DNA from: Planctomycetota bacterium
Lineage (GTDB): Bacteria > Planctomycetota > GCA-002687715 > DRQF01
DNA: 37,293 bases
Direction: 5' to 3'
NCBI GenBank assembly: GCA_027001995.1
Contig: JALTLO010000135.1
Span: 1 to 37,293 of the forward strand
Below, one piece after another: positions 1 through 9,706 of the stretch (the stretch's first letter is position 1; each line of letters opens with the position of its first letter). Below the pieces are notes generated by a model. That model ran no database searches and was not told the DNA's origin. It worked only from the letters and a program-made list of their open reading frames with translations. The translations under genes and the position numbers were made by a program.

Positions 1-292
1 ATTGGATGGCAAAGAAGTTGCCGTCCGTTCCTGTCGCCGAAGCGAAATTCGCCGGGCCAATGAATGGCGAAGCCAATGTGGCAGGCAAGGTGGAAACACT
101 TTGCGTGACTCCCGTTCCTCCAGCCATTGTTACAGTGCCAAAGGAAGGCTCAGCCCTAAGCTCTAAAGCTTGTGAACCGCTGCCACCCCCACTACCTGAA
201 CCGCCACCACCGCAGGCTACGAAGCCCGTAGCTGCAATCATGACGATCAGTACTTTTGTCAACGAGTGCATCGCACGTTGAGTCTTGATCAT
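1..292 (-). CDS. Lipoprotein, N-terminal part (runs off the left edge; not in the ORF track)
   Basis: ATG at 292 preceded by GGAG. Translates MIKTQRAMHSLTKVLIVMIAATGFVAC-GGGGSGSGGGSGSQALELRAEPSFG...: signal peptide, lipobox FVAC, Gly/Ser tether. Frame open to the window edge. Confidence 0.8.
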   Translation of the reverse strand, partial: MIKTQRAMHSLTKVLIVMIAATGFVACGGGGSGSGGGSGSQALELRAEPSFGTVTMAGGTGVTQSVSTLPATLASPFIGPANFASATGTDGNFFAIQ

Positions 293-650
293 GTTTTCTC
301 CAACGAGAGCAAACGAAACTCTCTTCACCAGTCTATGTTTTGTTGTTCAGCTTCTCTGAGCCAACAAGTCTATGTCAGCAATTCGGCACTCAAGGTTGCT
401 CTGATACTTTCCCAATTGCTTCGTCAATCTACCAATTAGAACAGAAAAATGGCAGACGTTCTTATCCGGCTCGGGAATTCGATTTCGATCCCCTGCCCGG
501 CCCCATGCTACAACGTTGTAACGACTTAGGACACCACCTCCAGAATTCCGGGTGCCCATCAACGACCCAAGGAGAATCGGACCCATAAAACATAAAACAA
601 GTCACGAAGGATATAGAAGTGCCCTCTTGATGGGAATTAGGCTCCGCGCT

Positions 651-1388
651 TCACAAGGTGAAATGAAGCACAAGGTCATAAATGGCATGAGCGTAAACGC
701 ACACCGCCAGTCCCCGCATGAAGAATAGCTGGGCCAAAAGGAGACCAGCGACAAAGCGAAAGACCAAAAGAGGCCATTCCCAAGGGTCGCCGCCGGGCCC
801 AACATGATGATAGACAGCAAATGCCACCGCCGATGAAAGGACAGGAATCAGGAGAGTTGTTGAGGCAGAAACGAAAGCTCGCCCTTTCGATTCGCTTTCG
901 TCAAAAAAGGCGCAATAGGGATCCAACCCCAAGAGAAAAACGCAGCCACGCAACAGAATGAGTCGAAAAACGATCTCTTCGTAGACACCAGCCCCCACAT
1001 CCAACAACGCCCCGGAAGTAGAAAACGGCGCCAAGTATGGTCGTGCTACAAACAGAATTGCTGGCGAAAGGAGCAAGGCGTAAACCGTGCATTCCGCCAA
1101 GAATGGAGGAAAGTACCGCAGGATCGAACGGGACCTATGCAGGTAATAAGCCACAGCCCCAAGGAACAAAAGAAGTAAGCCACCATGAAAAACCTGAATA
1201 CCATGAGGGCCCAACCAAGTGAGTCCGTCCTTCAGCAACAAGTCGGCGGCGTTCCTATGAGGCTCATCAGTAATGATAAGCCCGATTTCGTAGACCACGA
1301 GCAAAGCAACAATCACAATGATGCTGAAGCTCTTGCTCCGCGTCCGCTGCAAATATTCTCGCAAAGATAAAGGGTGCGATTTTGCCAT
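651..1388 (-). CDS. CPBP family intramembrane glutamic endopeptidase (CAAX protease/Rce1-like)
   Basis: Multiple TM segments with family motifs EEIVFR, FAVYH, HAIYD. ATG at 1388 (MAKSHP) preferred over the ORF-track start at 1421. Confidence 0.85.
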   Translation of the reverse strand: MAKSHPLSLREYLQRTRSKSFSIIVIVALLVVYEIGLIITDEPHRNAADLLLKDGLTWLGPHGIQVFHGGLLLLFLGAVAYYLHRSRSILRYFPPFLAECTVYALLLSPAILFVARPYLAPFSTSGALLDVGAGVYEEIVFRLILLRGCVFLLGLDPYCAFFDESESKGRAFVSASTTLLIPVLSSAVAFAVYHHVGPGGDPWEWPLLVFRFVAGLLLAQLFFMRGLAVCVYAHAIYDLVLHFTL

Positions 1389-1540
1389 AGGGCTGATCTT
1401 AGAACTGCAAGAGCAAAACAAAAGGACAAGATTTCATCTTCACTGACTCTATCGTTCTTGGGGACGCTCAACATCGAACCGGGACTCTTACAGCAAGGAA
1501 ACGCGTCCCCTTACCCTCGTATTATGCAGGGAGCCAGACT

Positions 1541-2641
1541 GTGATGCCAGGGTATCAGACAGACAGAAACCCCGAGAATTGGGAGCAGGACGTGGACGAA
1601 TCCACAAACATCTTTGAATCCGACGTCGAGCTCACTGAGATCCGATCAGAGTGGAGCCTTCGCCCCCGTTCTTTCGCCGAGTTCGTTGGCCAAGACAACG
1701 TCAAGAACAACTTGGAGATTTACATCAAGGCAGCGCGCATGCGCAAAGAGCCCCTCGATCATCTTTTGCTCTCTGGCTTACCGGGACTCGGTAAGACCAC
1801 ACTGGCTGACATTGTCGCTCGGGAAATGGACGCCAATATCCATACAACATCGGGCCCCGCATTGGACAAACCCGGGGACTTGGCGGGCATGCTGACGAAT
1901 CTTGAATCCGGCGACATTCTGTTCATTGACGAGATTCACCGACTCCCCGCTACAGTTGAAGAGTTTCTTTATTCAGCCATGGAAGACTTCAGCTTGGACA
2001 TCGTACTCGACAATGGACCCCGAGGGCGAAGTGTTCGCATCGGAATCGAGAAGTTTACTCTCATTGGTGCCACGACCCGAGAAGGCCTCCTCTCTGCCCC
2101 TTTTCGTGATCGCTTCGGTGTCCAAGAGAAATTAGAGGTCTACCCCCCCCACCAACTCGAACAGATTTGCCACCGGTCAAGTGTCCTGCTCAACGTCGAG
2201 TTAGACAACTCCGGTCTTAAGCTTCTTTCTCAACATGCTCGCGGCACACCAAGAATCGTCAACCGTTTTCTCCGTCGCGTTCGTGACTTGGCACAGGTGG
2301 AGGAACGCCCCATCGTCACAGCGGAAATAGCGAAGCGGGGGCTTACGATGGTGGGAGTCGACGACAACGGACTCCAACGGATTGACCGGCAAATTATGGA
2401 GACCATTGCTCTGGCGGGAGGACGTCCGGTCGGCCTCAAGACCATCGCCGTCACAGTTGGCGAAGACGACCGGACCGTTGAAGATGTCTACGAGCCTCAC
2501 CTGATCCGTTGTGGCTTTCTGCTGAAAACACCACGAGGCCGCTTGTTGACCGCTCCTGGATACAAAATCATCGGTCAACTTCCCCCTGGTGAGCAAGGTG
2601 ACGAACACAGGGCACCTGCGACGGATTCCCAGGATGCCTAA
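1541..2641 (+). CDS. ruvB: Holliday junction branch migration helicase RuvB
   Basis: LRPRSFAEFVGQ, Walker A GLPGLGKTT, Walker B LFIDEIHR, GATTR, RGTPR, EDVYEPHL, TPRGR. Start at 1541 (GTG) or 1544 (ATG). Confidence 0.98.
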   Translation: MMPGYQTDRNPENWEQDVDESTNIFESDVELTEIRSEWSLRPRSFAEFVGQDNVKNNLEIYIKAARMRKEPLDHLLLSGLPGLGKTTLADIVAREMDANIHTTSGPALDKPGDLAGMLTNLESGDILFIDEIHRLPATVEEFLYSAMEDFSLDIVLDNGPRGRSVRIGIEKFTLIGATTREGLLSAPFRDRFGVQEKLEVYPPHQLEQICHRSSVLLNVELDNSGLKLLSQHARGTPRIVNRFLRRVRDLAQVEERPIVTAEIAKRGLTMVGVDDNGLQRIDRQIMETIALAGGRPVGLKTIAVTVGEDDRTVEDVYEPHLIRCGFLLKTPRGRLLTAPGYKIIGQLPPGEQGDEHRAPATDSQDA

Positions 2642-3824
2642 GACTCTGTTTAGGTCTCGTTTCATCCTCGTTTGCGGCGTCATTCTTGCAAGTATTTTCC
2701 TCGTCATTGAGTTCAGCAGCAAAGCCCCCTCGACACCAAGCATCAATCTTCCCACCTTGGATATTGAAGGTCCAACCCAAGAGATACGCGTCTTACTCCG
2801 AAGTCACGGAGCACCACCGTGGATCTTAAGAAGTGAATCCCCCATTGTCTTTGCCAACAAACAGCATCAATCCAAAGCTCAAAAGGAATGGACGATCCAT
2901 CGCCGTGGACACACCCTCACTCTCAATGGGCGACCATGGATTGGAAGCGCGACGATGAGCCGAGAGCAAAAGTTTCTCTTGAACGGAAAACAGCTCCATG
3001 GTCGGCTTCGCTTCTATCCAACGTCACTAGTAAAACGACCAGTTCTCTTCGTCCCTCTCCCTCGTTACTTGTCCCAAGTCTTGCCAGGAGAAATGCCTCT
3101 GTCCTATCCTCCCCAGGCCTTGGAGGCTCAGGTTATCGCGTCAAGGAGCTATGCTCTCGTGAAAATGAGGAGACGCGTGAGGAAATTGTGGGACCTTACG
3201 GATGGAGAAACATCTCAGATGTTTCAATCCATAGGAAAAAACAACTCCTTGGCCCAAGAGATTGTGAAGAAAACCGAAGGCATCGTGCTCACTGTCGACA
3301 AAAGCGTCCTTCCGGCTTACTTCAGCGCCAATTGTGGCGGCCACACCCGTAGCAACCAAGAGGCCTTCGGAGAGTCCCCATTGGATCCCCTCAAAGGAGT
3401 CCTCTGCCAACACTGTTCCTGGTCGAAAGACTACAGATGGTCAACGCGCATCTCATCCCAAGAACTCAGTCGCATAACAGAAATCGCCCTCCCCCAGATC
3501 AAATCCGTGGCCATATCCAAGGGACCCGGTTCTGGATACACCAATACCATCCGGCTAAGAACGGATTCTGGAACCACAAAAATCTCACCGAAGAGATTTC
3601 GAGCGCGTTTGGGCAATCGCCGAATCAAGAGTGACTGGGTCACAGGCATCGACTTAGGCCAAAATTCCCTTGTGATTGGAGGCCGTGGCTTTGGTCATGG
3701 CGTTGGTCTTTGCCAGAATGGCGCCAGTGGCATGGCCCGTCATGGCCACAGCGCTTTTGAAATCTTGAATCACTACTATCCTGGCGCGAGAATTCGCCAG
3801 GTACGAAAGACAATCACCCCATGA
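2634..3824 (+). CDS. SpoIID/LytB domain protein (peptidoglycan lytic transglycosylase family)
   Basis: N-terminal membrane anchor; VLPGEM, ALEAQVIASRSY, CGGHT, GRGFGHGVGLCQNGA, ILNHYYPG. ATG 2634 overlaps the ruvB 3' end. Confidence 0.92.
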   Translation: MPKTLFRSRFILVCGVILASIFLVIEFSSKAPSTPSINLPTLDIEGPTQEIRVLLRSHGAPPWILRSESPIVFANKQHQSKAQKEWTIHRRGHTLTLNGRPWIGSATMSREQKFLLNGKQLHGRLRFYPTSLVKRPVLFVPLPRYLSQVLPGEMPLSYPPQALEAQVIASRSYALVKMRRRVRKLWDLTDGETSQMFQSIGKNNSLAQEIVKKTEGIVLTVDKSVLPAYFSANCGGHTRSNQEAFGESPLDPLKGVLCQHCSWSKDYRWSTRISSQELSRITEIALPQIKSVAISKGPGSGYTNTIRLRTDSGTTKISPKRFRARLGNRRIKSDWVTGIDLGQNSLVIGGRGFGHGVGLCQNGASGMARHGHSAFEILNHYYPGARIRQVRKTITP

Positions 3825-4954
3825 GCCCCAATGGTGTTTTCAGCTTCCAAGAGCTTCATCGCGCCCCAGAGACCTTAGCCCGATGTGGCAAAGTCACAAC
3901 GAAACACGGTTCTTTTTCAACCCCTGCATTCATGCCTGTGGGAACCCAAGCCACGGTCAAAGGCCTCCTGCCTGAGCAAGTAGCTGACACGGGAGCCGAG
4001 ATCATCTTGGCCAACACCTATCACCTTCACCTCCGCCCTGGAGAAGCCACTGTCAAAGAATTGGGGGGGCTGCACACCTTCATGAATTGGCAAGGGCCGA
4101 TTTTAACCGACAGCGGCGGATTTCAAGTTTGGTCCCTCAGTGATTTGCGTTCTATCGATGATGGCGGCGTGTCCTTCAAGAGCCACTTGGATGGCAGCAA
4201 CTTGCGCCTCGATCCGAAGATCGCCATGCAGATCCAAACGGACTTAGGCTCTGATATTATCATGAGCTTTGACGAATGCATGGACTACCCCATCGAAAGG
4301 AAGGCGGCTGAAGAAAGCCTGCAACGCACCCATGCTTGGGAAGAAAAAACCCTCGCCTACCACCCTCGGGATGGACGGGCCTTGTTTGCCATCATTCAAG
4401 GGGGCGTGTTTGAAGAGCTAAGAAAACAAAGCGCAGAATTTCTCTTAGGCTTACCCTTTGACGGCTATGCCATGGGTGGTCTCTTCATCGGTGAAATACG
4501 AGATGATTCCATGGCCATGTTGGAGCTTGTCGGCCAAATGATCCCCCCAGGCTTTCCACGCTATGTCATGGGAGTTGGCACTCCTTTAGAGATTCTCGAC
4601 TGTGTAGCCCGGGGCTGGGACATGTTCGATTGTGTTTTACCCACGAGAAACGGTCGCCACGGTACGGCCATGACCATGTCAGGGCCAATCAACCTAAAAA
4701 ACGCCCGCTTCAAAGCTGACCAAGCCCCCATCGAAGAAGGATGTTCATGCTTGGCTTGCGCCTCATACTCTCGTGCATACTTACGCCATCTCGTCGTTGC
4801 CAAAGAAGTCTTGGCCCTCACCCTCATTTCTCATCACAACCTGAGCTTCATGCAGCGTCTCATGAAACAATGCCGCGATGCAATTCAAGGTGGTACATTC
4901 CTTCAATTCAGAAATAGCATGGCAGAATTCTGGACCAGAAAGCCCAGCAAGTAA
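3821..4954 (+). CDS. tgt: tRNA-guanine transglycosylase
   Basis: TPAFMPVGT, ANTYHL, LTDSGGFQV, FDEC, IIQGG, RYVMGVG, DMFDCVLPTRNGR and zinc motif CSCLAC. ATGA overlap with the upstream gene. Confidence 0.97.
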   Translation: MSPNGVFSFQELHRAPETLARCGKVTTKHGSFSTPAFMPVGTQATVKGLLPEQVADTGAEIILANTYHLHLRPGEATVKELGGLHTFMNWQGPILTDSGGFQVWSLSDLRSIDDGGVSFKSHLDGSNLRLDPKIAMQIQTDLGSDIIMSFDECMDYPIERKAAEESLQRTHAWEEKTLAYHPRDGRALFAIIQGGVFEELRKQSAEFLLGLPFDGYAMGGLFIGEIRDDSMAMLELVGQMIPPGFPRYVMGVGTPLEILDCVARGWDMFDCVLPTRNGRHGTAMTMSGPINLKNARFKADQAPIEEGCSCLACASYSRAYLRHLVVAKEVLALTLISHHNLSFMQRLMKQCRDAIQGGTFLQFRNSMAEFWTRKPSK

Positions 4955-4967
4955 GAGAATCCAGCCC

Positions 4968-6707
4968 TCAGTCGTCCTCAGAGAATACTTGGAGCGACTC
5001 TTGGGTTTCCTTTGAACGAACAGTTTTGAGAAACAAAGGACATGCCTCTCCAATTAACCAGATGGTGAGGAAGACCAAGAGTATGGCGACGACTATGAGA
5101 GGTATTTCAAGAGGTTGATTCTCAGTGCTTGCAAAAGTGAATCCGTTGGTAAAACTCTTCAAATTGAGAAACATCGCCACAATGGTCGTGACCAACATGA
5201 AAACCATGGGTAGCCCAGTAAACCAGGGGTTTCGCCCCCGCTTCATGAGATAGAGAGTTGCCACCATCAAAGCCAGCCCTGCCAGCAGCTGATTGACTGT
5301 GCCAAAAATCCGCCAAAGGGACTGTCCAGCCGGTCGGCCATTGATCTCATAAAAAGCAAAGAATGCGATAGCAAGAACAGCAAGGAAGCTAGCCACATAG
5401 CGATTGCCCAACTGTGGCAAACCGACAGAAGCGCCAATCTCCTCGACATTATAGCGCAACAAACGAGTGGCCGAGTCCAATGTCGTGAGAGCAAACGACA
5501 CCACCACGACGGCAATAAACCCTTGGGCCAAGGCCAAGGGGATCCCCAGATTCTCAATAAACCAAGCGGACCCGTCGATAAAGCGCGACATCTTTGCCCC
5601 GAGCCCAGATGCGGCCTGCCAACCATGATAATGATCTTGGGCCCAAACTTGGCTCGCACTTCTTGCCCCCAAAGAACTCATCCCTGCAGTCGTTGCTAGG
5701 ACCGCCAACAGCCCAAGAAGAGACTCCCCCAACATCCCTCCATAGCCGACGAAGCGCGCATCCGTTTCACGATTGAGTTGTTTCGCTGTAGTTCCAGAAC
5801 TCACCAAGGAATGAAATCCGGAAGCTGCGCCACAAGCAATCGTGATAAAAACGAAAGGATAGAAAGGCGGCGCGCCCTCAGGATTCGGATTGAAGACTGG
5901 GGCGGCAAATTCGGGAGCAGCAATAAAGAACCCTGCGAAGCACAAGATCAGACCCAAGTATAGCAAAAGAGAATTCAAAAAATCTCTCGGCTGCAACAAA
6001 GACCAAACGGGAAGAACACTGGCCAAGAAAGCGTAGCTCAGCAAGACCCATTTCCATCCGGTGGGATTGGCCCAATGAATCGGAAATTCTGCCCCAGCCC
6101 AAACCAAGAGTATCTGAATGAGAAAGCCGACGATGGTCATGGGCCCCAAAGCGAATCCACGGCGATGAAAGAGAAAACCAATGATGGCTGCAACAATCAT
6201 GAGACCGCCACAAGGAAGAACAGCACTCCCATATTTCGTCGAAAACAAAGAGGCGATCACCAAAGTGAAGACCCCCATTGCTAAAGATACGCCGAAGAAA
6301 ATGATGGCTAGGAACAAAGCCTTGGCTCTTTTCCCCACCACTCCCTCTGCCACCTTGCCAATGGACTGCCCTTTCGCTCGAATCGAAATCACCAAGGCCG
6401 AAAAATCGTGAACGCAACCGATTGATACAGCTCCCAATACAACCCAAATCATCGCCGGTGCCCATCCCCAAATGACGGCAATGGCTGGCCCCAGCATGGG
6501 CGAAAGACCGGTGATCGAAGCAAAATGATGGCCAAAGAGGACATAACGATTCGTCGGCAAATAGTCGTCATCATTGCGCAAGGTGTGAGCCGGTGTCAAC
6601 ACGGCGTCATTCAGTCCATAAATTTTCTCAGCCAAGAATTTGGAATAAAATCGATAGGCGAGAAAATACGCCACGAAACAACATAAGACGGGCCACACTG
6701 CCGACAT
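4968..6707 (-). CDS. cstA: Carbon starvation protein A family transporter
   Basis: LFGHHFASITG, WGWAPA, LLQPRD, FITIACGAASGFH, GYGGMLGE, TTLDSATRL, FGTVNQLL; many TMs. ATG 6707 has a GGAG SD. Confidence 0.95.
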   Translation of the reverse strand: MSAVWPVLCCFVAYFLAYRFYSKFLAEKIYGLNDAVLTPAHTLRNDDDYLPTNRYVLFGHHFASITGLSPMLGPAIAVIWGWAPAMIWVVLGAVSIGCVHDFSALVISIRAKGQSIGKVAEGVVGKRAKALFLAIIFFGVSLAMGVFTLVIASLFSTKYGSAVLPCGGLMIVAAIIGFLFHRRGFALGPMTIVGFLIQILLVWAGAEFPIHWANPTGWKWVLLSYAFLASVLPVWSLLQPRDFLNSLLLYLGLILCFAGFFIAAPEFAAPVFNPNPEGAPPFYPFVFITIACGAASGFHSLVSSGTTAKQLNRETDARFVGYGGMLGESLLGLLAVLATTAGMSSLGARSASQVWAQDHYHGWQAASGLGAKMSRFIDGSAWFIENLGIPLALAQGFIAVVVVSFALTTLDSATRLLRYNVEEIGASVGLPQLGNRYVASFLAVLAIAFFAFYEINGRPAGQSLWRIFGTVNQLLAGLALMVATLYLMKRGRNPWFTGLPMVFMLVTTIVAMFLNLKSFTNGFTFASTENQPLEIPLIVVAILLVFLTIWLIGEACPLFLKTVRSKETQESLQVFSEDD

Positions 6708-6789
6708 GAAACGGTTCTCCCCAGGATGCTGGCAACAGCTTAGCGTTCCTCGTCTGTTTTTGCGACTCGACCAGGAGGCCTCTTCGCAG

Positions 6790-6821
6790 AAAAAAACCCT
6801 CACAGCCAAGCTGCGAGGGTT
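6790..6821 (-). terminator. Rho-independent terminator after the PDZ gene
   Basis: Minus strand reads AACCCTCGCAGC-TTG-GCTGTGAGGG followed by a T run, about 50 nt after the stop at 6873. Confidence 0.8.
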
Positions 6822-6872
6822 ATCGGATGCGCTCCGCTTTCAATCTTGACCTCAAGTCAAGAAGAAAAGGTC

Positions 6873-8207
6873 TTAGTGACCATGGCCTTTACCACCCTTG
6901 TGGTTGTGCCGTTTCATGGGCTTTGAGGTTGGCTTCGTAGTTGGTTTAGATTGGAGCTTAGGTTTGGAGACTGGCTTCGTGGTTGGTTTCGTGGTTGGCT
7001 TGATCGGGGTAGCCGGAGCATCTTCGAAATCTTCGAAGCTCTCCATCTCCTCTGGCGGCCCCGTGTTGATCATGACCTTCACTCCTGGAAATTCCTTACG
7101 AATCGCCGCATTCAGTTCGTCAGCATCGGTGACCCCACTCTCAAGAAGCTCTTGGATGCGCTCCTGAATTCCCGCAAAGTCTTCGGGTAACTCATGATCC
7201 ATTTCTTCGATGATCTCTGGCTCTGGTTCTTCTTCTGGTTCATCGGTATCCAGAAGCTCATCCACCCCCAAGTCTCCCATCAGCTTCCTAAGGCTGCCAG
7301 CTTGAGCACCGATTTCAGGTGGCAAACCTCCCATGAATGAGCCCGCCATCTTGCGCATACCTTCCATGCCTCTCACGATGGAATCTAAGCGTTTGCTGGA
7401 AGCGCGAAGTCGAGCGATGATTGGGGCCAAAGAAGGGTTTTGCAGTTTCTCCAGCTCCGCAATGGACTTGTCGATGTCTGTTTTCACGGGTCCAATTGAC
7501 ATCATGTCCCGGAACATTCCCATGCCCGGAAAGTTCATCCCCTTCATGCCACCCATAGAGAATGGATTTCTTCGTCTTTGACCAGGACGAGGCATTTTCT
7601 TGGTGTCGAGCATCCCCCCCATGACCATTCCAGGAAACTTGGCCGTCAAGACCTTCACAGCTCCGCCGCGAAGGATTTTTACGACATAGGATGACCCAGA
7701 GCGAGCTTTGGACAAGGCGTGTTTGAGAGAGTCAAAGTCTTCAACGATATCGTTCCCAAATTCGGTAATGATGTCGCCATTCTTCATCCCAGCATCAGCG
7801 GCCACGCTACCGGGGTGTACTTTCGAGACATAAACTCCACTGCCCACAGTAACCCCCAAAATAAGCCCACCATCAGGGAAACTCGCTGGCAAGCGAAACT
7901 TGAGATTGACGATTTTACCATCACGACGGACAGCAAAATTTGACTGGGTTCCCGCAACCGCTGCGTCCTTGGCTTTCAGGACGTCATCGATGCCAGCGAT
8001 CAATCGACTGCCCCAAGCTGTGAGGTAGTCGCCGCTATGAAGACCGGCCTCCGCCGCTATGGAACCCTCTGAAACGGTATCAATTACAATGCCATCAACT
8101 TCCAAACTCACACCCAGCTTAGGTTTAGAGCCGAATTGAGCCGTAGAAGTTAAACATGCGACGGCCGAGAAAATGGCAGCCAAAGCCAGATACGAGAGAG
8201 TCTTCAT
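6873..8207 (-). CDS. Exported tandem-PDZ protein with low-complexity C-terminus
   Basis: Signal peptide; two PDZ-like repeats (LGV..V..GS.AA.AG...GD....VRR/ILR); then Met/Gly-rich, acidic, KPTT-repeat and His-rich segments. No protease motif seen. Confidence 0.8.
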   Translation of the reverse strand: MKTLSYLALAAIFSAVACLTSTAQFGSKPKLGVSLEVDGIVIDTVSEGSIAAEAGLHSGDYLTAWGSRLIAGIDDVLKAKDAAVAGTQSNFAVRRDGKIVNLKFRLPASFPDGGLILGVTVGSGVYVSKVHPGSVAADAGMKNGDIITEFGNDIVEDFDSLKHALSKARSGSSYVVKILRGGAVKVLTAKFPGMVMGGMLDTKKMPRPGQRRRNPFSMGGMKGMNFPGMGMFRDMMSIGPVKTDIDKSIAELEKLQNPSLAPIIARLRASSKRLDSIVRGMEGMRKMAGSFMGGLPPEIGAQAGSLRKLMGDLGVDELLDTDEPEEEPEPEIIEEMDHELPEDFAGIQERIQELLESGVTDADELNAAIRKEFPGVKVMINTGPPEEMESFEDFEDAPATPIKPTTKPTTKPVSKPKLQSKPTTKPTSKPMKRHNHKGGKGHGH

Positions 8208-8264
8208 TGATTTTGCTCCTGATTATTCCAGTCAACCTCTCATGGAGGTGTGATTCCATACGAA

Positions 8265-8292
8265 TGGCACCTAGGATGACTCCCAGGTGCCA
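8265..8292 (-). terminator. Hairpin between the SH3 and PDZ genes (terminator or mRNA stabiliser)
   Basis: TGGCACCTGGGA-GTCA-TCCTAGGTGCCA on the minus strand; only a weak U tail. Confidence 0.4.
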
Positions 8293-8317
8293 CGATTTTT
8301 TTCGCTCGTGAGACTCT

Positions 8318-9487
8318 TTATTCGAGGATTTCAAGGCGAAGAATCTTGACTCTCTCAAGCTTTGAGCCTGGAGCAGGAGACTGCATTTCCCACTTGGTGA
8401 TACCGATCTTCTTGTCGTGAAATTCACTCAGATCATAACGGTCAGAAGTGACGTGGTAGCGACTTTCCGATCCCTTCGTGAGCTTCCAGGTGGGCGTTGT
8501 GCCAACCCCCAAATAGACCCGGTGCAAGTTGCCGATCCCCAAACGAAGGAAGCGAGACTTAGAAGACGCGGCAGATGCTTTTTCAGCTTCCTTCTTGGTT
8601 CTGAAATTCTGTAAATCTCGGGCATATTCGGCGTCCCGTCGTTTCTGATCCAGTTCAAGTTTCTTCATTTGCGCGTCCGCTGCTGCGAAGCGACGAGCGG
8701 TGTCTTCCTTTCCTTTGAGATAGGCGATTTTCTCCCCAGCTGCTTGTGAAAGAGGAGAATTCGCTGGGGCTTGCCCACCGATTGCCTCAAACTCCGTGCG
8801 AAGACTGACCAAAGTTTCAAGATTCGGGCGCCCAGCCAACTCGCGAGCCATGCGCGCTTCGGCCAAATCAAAACGGCTTTGCAGGGTATCTTCTTGTTCA
8901 ATCTGCAAGACATGCTTGGATGACATGTTGCCAGTTTTCAGCAAAGCTAAACGGGCCTTTTGATCGAGGATAGCGAACTGAGATGCGGCAGCAGTCTGAT
9001 CTGGAGCCGGTTTGACATAATTCTTGTGAACGAAAACGTGGGTTGATGCCGGAGCCAACACCCGAAGCCAGTCATTGTCAACGCGGTCCAAGACCATCAC
9101 GGTTTGATTCGATCGGAGGGACCCCATGATAGGCCAATCCATGTTGGGGTGAGGCCGCAAGGAAAGGCGGCCCACTAAGACGCGGCCCCGCCCATTTTCG
9201 CCCACGGCGATAAACTGCTGCTCACCCCGTTTCTCTAGGACATATGCCGCAACACCGCCGGGAAATCGAATCTCAGCGAATTGACCTTTGATGCCAAACA
9301 TACGGACCAAATCACCAACGCCAGCCTTGCCTAACTGAGCATCAGGGACTCCAGCCCCGGATTTAACCGGTGTGTTCCGGTGGGTAATGACCCCGTAGAG
9401 CGTCGCCGTCTGAGCCAAGCTCAGTCCACCCAAGACACCAACAAAAAGAGCAGCCAAAAGTATCTTGTAAACAAGTATTCGCATCAC
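8318..9487 (-). CDS. Exported protein with two SH3b-like domains and a coiled coil
   Basis: Signal peptide ending SLA-Q; two SH3b-like segments (VKSGAG...FAEIRFPGG; LSLRPHPN...WLRVLAP...FVHKNYV); helical charged middle; beta-rich C-terminus. Start 9487 (GTG) or 9484 (ATG). Confidence 0.7.
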   Translation of the reverse strand: MMRILVYKILLAALFVGVLGGLSLAQTATLYGVITHRNTPVKSGAGVPDAQLGKAGVGDLVRMFGIKGQFAEIRFPGGVAAYVLEKRGEQQFIAVGENGRGRVLVGRLSLRPHPNMDWPIMGSLRSNQTVMVLDRVDNDWLRVLAPASTHVFVHKNYVKPAPDQTAAASQFAILDQKARLALLKTGNMSSKHVLQIEQEDTLQSRFDLAEARMARELAGRPNLETLVSLRTEFEAIGGQAPANSPLSQAAGEKIAYLKGKEDTARRFAAADAQMKKLELDQKRRDAEYARDLQNFRTKKEAEKASAASSKSRFLRLGIGNLHRVYLGVGTTPTWKLTKGSESRYHVTSDRYDLSEFHDKKIGITKWEMQSPAPGSKLERVKILRLEILE

Positions 9488-9706
9488 CGTGAGTCTCCGA
9501 CTTGATCCCTAAGCCCATGGCAACCATGGCAGGGTAATTGGACGTATGGGCCCAGACATCCGAGAGTCCAGACCCATGAACTTTATGAAAGAACGGGGAC
9601 CAACAAAGACAAAGACACAATCGCCGGGAGAGTTGTCGCAAAACGCTTCAGATCAGCGATTTAGAGTGCCTTCTCAGGAAGGCCCAAAGGATGGGTTAGA
9701 GCCATG

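Noticed and set aside
6..281. Pro-rich 91-aa ORF on the + strand
   Set aside because: It is the antisense shadow of the Gly-rich lipoprotein gene, which has an SD and lipobox on the minus strand.
651..1421. CPBP ('Abi') protein as a phage-defence gene
   Set aside because: The Abi label of this family is historical; there is no defence or mobile context here.
6808..6809. ORF-track start of cstA at 6809
   Set aside because: The extension runs through a terminator hairpin; ATG 6707 has an SD and a typical N-terminus.
6920..7010. Short tandem repeats as a CRISPR or DNA repeat element
   Set aside because: They are degenerate codon repeats encoding KPTT-like peptides, with no repeat-spacer structure.
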